A stretch of DNA of 64,000 nt, from NCBI GenBank assembly GCA_030704615.1, contig CM060733.1, positions 5,952,001 through 6,016,000 on the forward strand. Direction: 5' to 3'. The DNA is from Takakia lepidozioides (taxonomy: Eukaryota; Plantae; Bryophyta). Below, piece by piece: positions 61,601 through 64,000 of this stretch. The number at the start of each line of letters is the position of its first letter. The stretch's first letter is position 1. The notes below the pieces were generated by a model. It was not told the DNA's origin, did not search any database, and saw only the letters and a program-made list of their open reading frames with translations. A program made the position numbers and the translations under genes.

Positions 61601-63134
61601 ATTGTTGGAAGTTCTCCAAAAGTGCAGTGAACTAGCAGCAGCTGTTGTGCAAATCCTCCAAGCGTTTCAAACCGATAGGGGTAATGCAAGACCGTGTACC
61701 TATCTATCTCTATATATGTCAGGTTAGGTCTACAGCCCTGGTGAGCATTACACAGAATGTCAGTCTCGGGTCACTGTGACTGCTAATTGAAGAGCTATTA
61801 CTAAAGTTTTGGCAACAATAAATAGAATGTATGCAGATGGAGATGGGCATGTACCTTCATTTTGCAATGCACTTTCTCTGCAGCTTGCAGCCCTCAGTAG
61901 CAAGGCAATCTGTAGCTGCATTGCCCAAAGGCATGAATAGTCACTAACCAAGAAAGAAATATGAATGATAGGGCTTTCAATAGACACACTTATCAGGACA
62001 TCCGTGGAACAAACAGGCTCATTTACAATTTGCTTTGAAAAAGGTAACCATGACATCACTGGGAAATAGAACTATGTTCTATAATTCTCACCAGGATGTT
62101 GTCCTGAATTAGAATTCCTTATTAAGAACTCCTTTGGTGAGATTAGGGTTTTCTAGATGGTCTGTGCTGATGCTCCAGTTCCAAGTGTCAACAAGTGATA
62201 TTCTCACCAACTCTCACCATGTAGGTGAGAAAAACACAAAGAAAGGACTACTAGCATTTAAAAAGACATAAATTCCACACCTCTACCACTAAAACAAGAC
62301 CAACCACATATTGGATGTGAAACTATTATCTCTGCTGCTGTCACGTTGGCTGAATGACTACACGATTGCCCGTTGTCTGTCTAAGAGCTACCATATCAAA
62401 GTATTAGGGTTTCAAGAACGCTTCAAACCCTTGGTTTGTGTGCAGCTAGACTTCCATCCCTATTAGCACGATACATTGTGGGAATCGATAGTAAAACTCC
62501 CGTCACATGGCTTGCTGCCAAAGCGCTTAGATGTGGCCCTGATTGATGAACTTGCGAAGATTAAGTAAGCCCTAAAAAGAGCCCCGATCATGACATTAAA
62601 GCTTAAACCCCCTGGAAGTTATCCCCGGCATCCATTCCCTTAAGCTGCTATGCCAAATGTCAGCAAGTAAAGTGATCAGGAACTGCTTCTACAGGCTTCA
62701 TGAAAAATGAGATTTCTGTTGGAGATTGGTCACATCCAGCTTACTCTGCGAGGACTGCGAACAATCAGCTCCGAAGACCTACATGTACAAATCCCTGTAG
62801 AAGTACTGCAATTTGATGCAAGCTACATTGGTCCAATGAGACTCAGTACATCAGCAGAAGAAGGTTGGCCTATATGCGCTATATCCGCTCTGCGTGGATC
62901 GTCCCACCTCTTATAGAATGACGAGGAGTAGAGTGGCCTCCTTGAGAATCTATAGCAAAAGAAGATTCCTCGAACAAACTCACCATTAAACACCAACTTT
63001 ATTACGCGGATCACACCAAGCCACATGCAGGCGACATCAGTACTGAACATATTCACTAAGCAAAGAATAAACACTCCCATCGAAATAGAGCAAAGTACCT
63101 TGTTGACGGCAGGTCTAAAAGCCCGCCATGACAT
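58673..63134 (-). CDS. TIM21: Mitochondrial inner-membrane translocase subunit TIM21 (241 aa)
   Basis: Exons 63134-63099, 61909-61855, 61399-61290, 61088-60907, 60329-60281, 59583-59464, 58846-58673 (726 nt). Presequence [20 protein letters not shown], then TDKIPE.PV...EGASYS, a TM helix, [15 protein letters not shown] and [16 protein letters not shown]. Confidence 0.9.
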
Positions 63135-63897
63135 CTTCCCTCCTTCCTGGCGGCACCAGAGGGAGAGAAAGAGAGGAGGGGGACAAGGAACACAAGCGGA
63201 AAAGAGGAGAAGAGCTCTGATATGGCGGCTAGATTGGCCACCGTTGCTCCCCTAAATAAATGCACAACTAACTGCACGTGTAAAACTACTTAGCTGCATA
63301 GTTTGATAAAAAGACCCAGTGGGCTGACTCTACAAATGGGTAAAACTGTCCCAAAGGGACAGAGCTAGATAAGCGGCTGGTCGCCTAATGCCTCCTCCTA
63401 TTGTGAAGAGAGAGATTTACTTTTATCCATAAGAAATGTTAACCTTAATAAAATTATGTCATGGTTATCCCATAGTTTCGGGTTCATGGATTCTGCCTTT
63501 GTAATGGCTCCATGGCTCAAAAAGGGAGTAAACTTTCATTTCTTCTCAAGATTCAGATGCTCGGCCGGTGTTTAGTTGGAAGCAAATAAAGCAACAAATA
63601 AATAAGTGTATGTTAGTTATAATTTATAACATGATGATATCTAGGCATATGACTAGGTAGTTTAAAATCGAGTACATTATTCTATCTGTATTGTTGGATT
63701 TATACACCTAACTTCGTGTACAAGGAGTTAGTTTTGTAGGTACAGCCCTTCAGTTTAGGTAGGTCTGTAGTTCAACGGAAGGGTCATGATTATTAGTAGT
63801 TGGTGGCTCCGAGCCAAACTGTATATCTCCCTGCTCGTTAATCCAAGACTCATCAGTTCTGCTAATCACTTTTCTGTGTTCTTCAATTGTGTCTTTT

Positions 63898-63909
63898 TGG
63901 TATCAGAGC
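63898..63909 (+). mobile_element. tRNA-iMet primer binding site of a possible LTR retrotransposon running off the window
   Basis: Exact TGGTATCAGAGC. The upstream segment TGTTG...TTCA (~63692-63886) could be a short LTR, but spacing to the PBS is atypical. Confidence 0.4.
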
Positions 63910-64000
63910 TGAGGAATCACAGTACTGCAGAGCGTGAGCTAAGCTCCGTACGGTCAAGATTCTCTTCTCTTCACGTTTGCTTGTATTGAACAGTGAGTGC

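Overview
Gene-dense land-plant nuclear DNA, probably a non-seed plant such as a bryophyte. This is inferred from the intron-rich gene models, PLS-class PPR debris and repeat types. Protein-coding genes built by hand with consistent splice phases: LEA_2 (-, runs off the window), plastid cyclophilin CYP28 (+), PTI1-like kinase (+, one GC-AG intron), an intronless HOL-like thiol/halide methyltransferase (+), YjbQ/UPF0047 (+), an At3g54190-like WD40-like protein (+), an intronless eIF(iso)4G (-), VPS28 (+) and TIM21 (-). Mobile and repeat content: a full-length hAT element (29-bp perfect TIRs, 8-bp TSD, inactivated transposase), hAT-like MITEs, a piggyBac transposase relic, two tRNA-derived SINE-like families, LTR/CACTA-like ends, PPR pseudogene fragments and minisatellites. 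Two observations stand out. (1) Intron 4 of the PTI1 kinase holds a box C/D snoRNA cluster: one snR76/SNORD88-type 25S rRNA guide plus a duplicated orphan. (2) At 29.98-36.04 kb, a spliced 134-codon ORF of unknown function appears to overlap the YjbQ ORF on one transcript and to carry the intronless methyltransferase inside its intron. All homology calls are from memory of the families, not from database searches.
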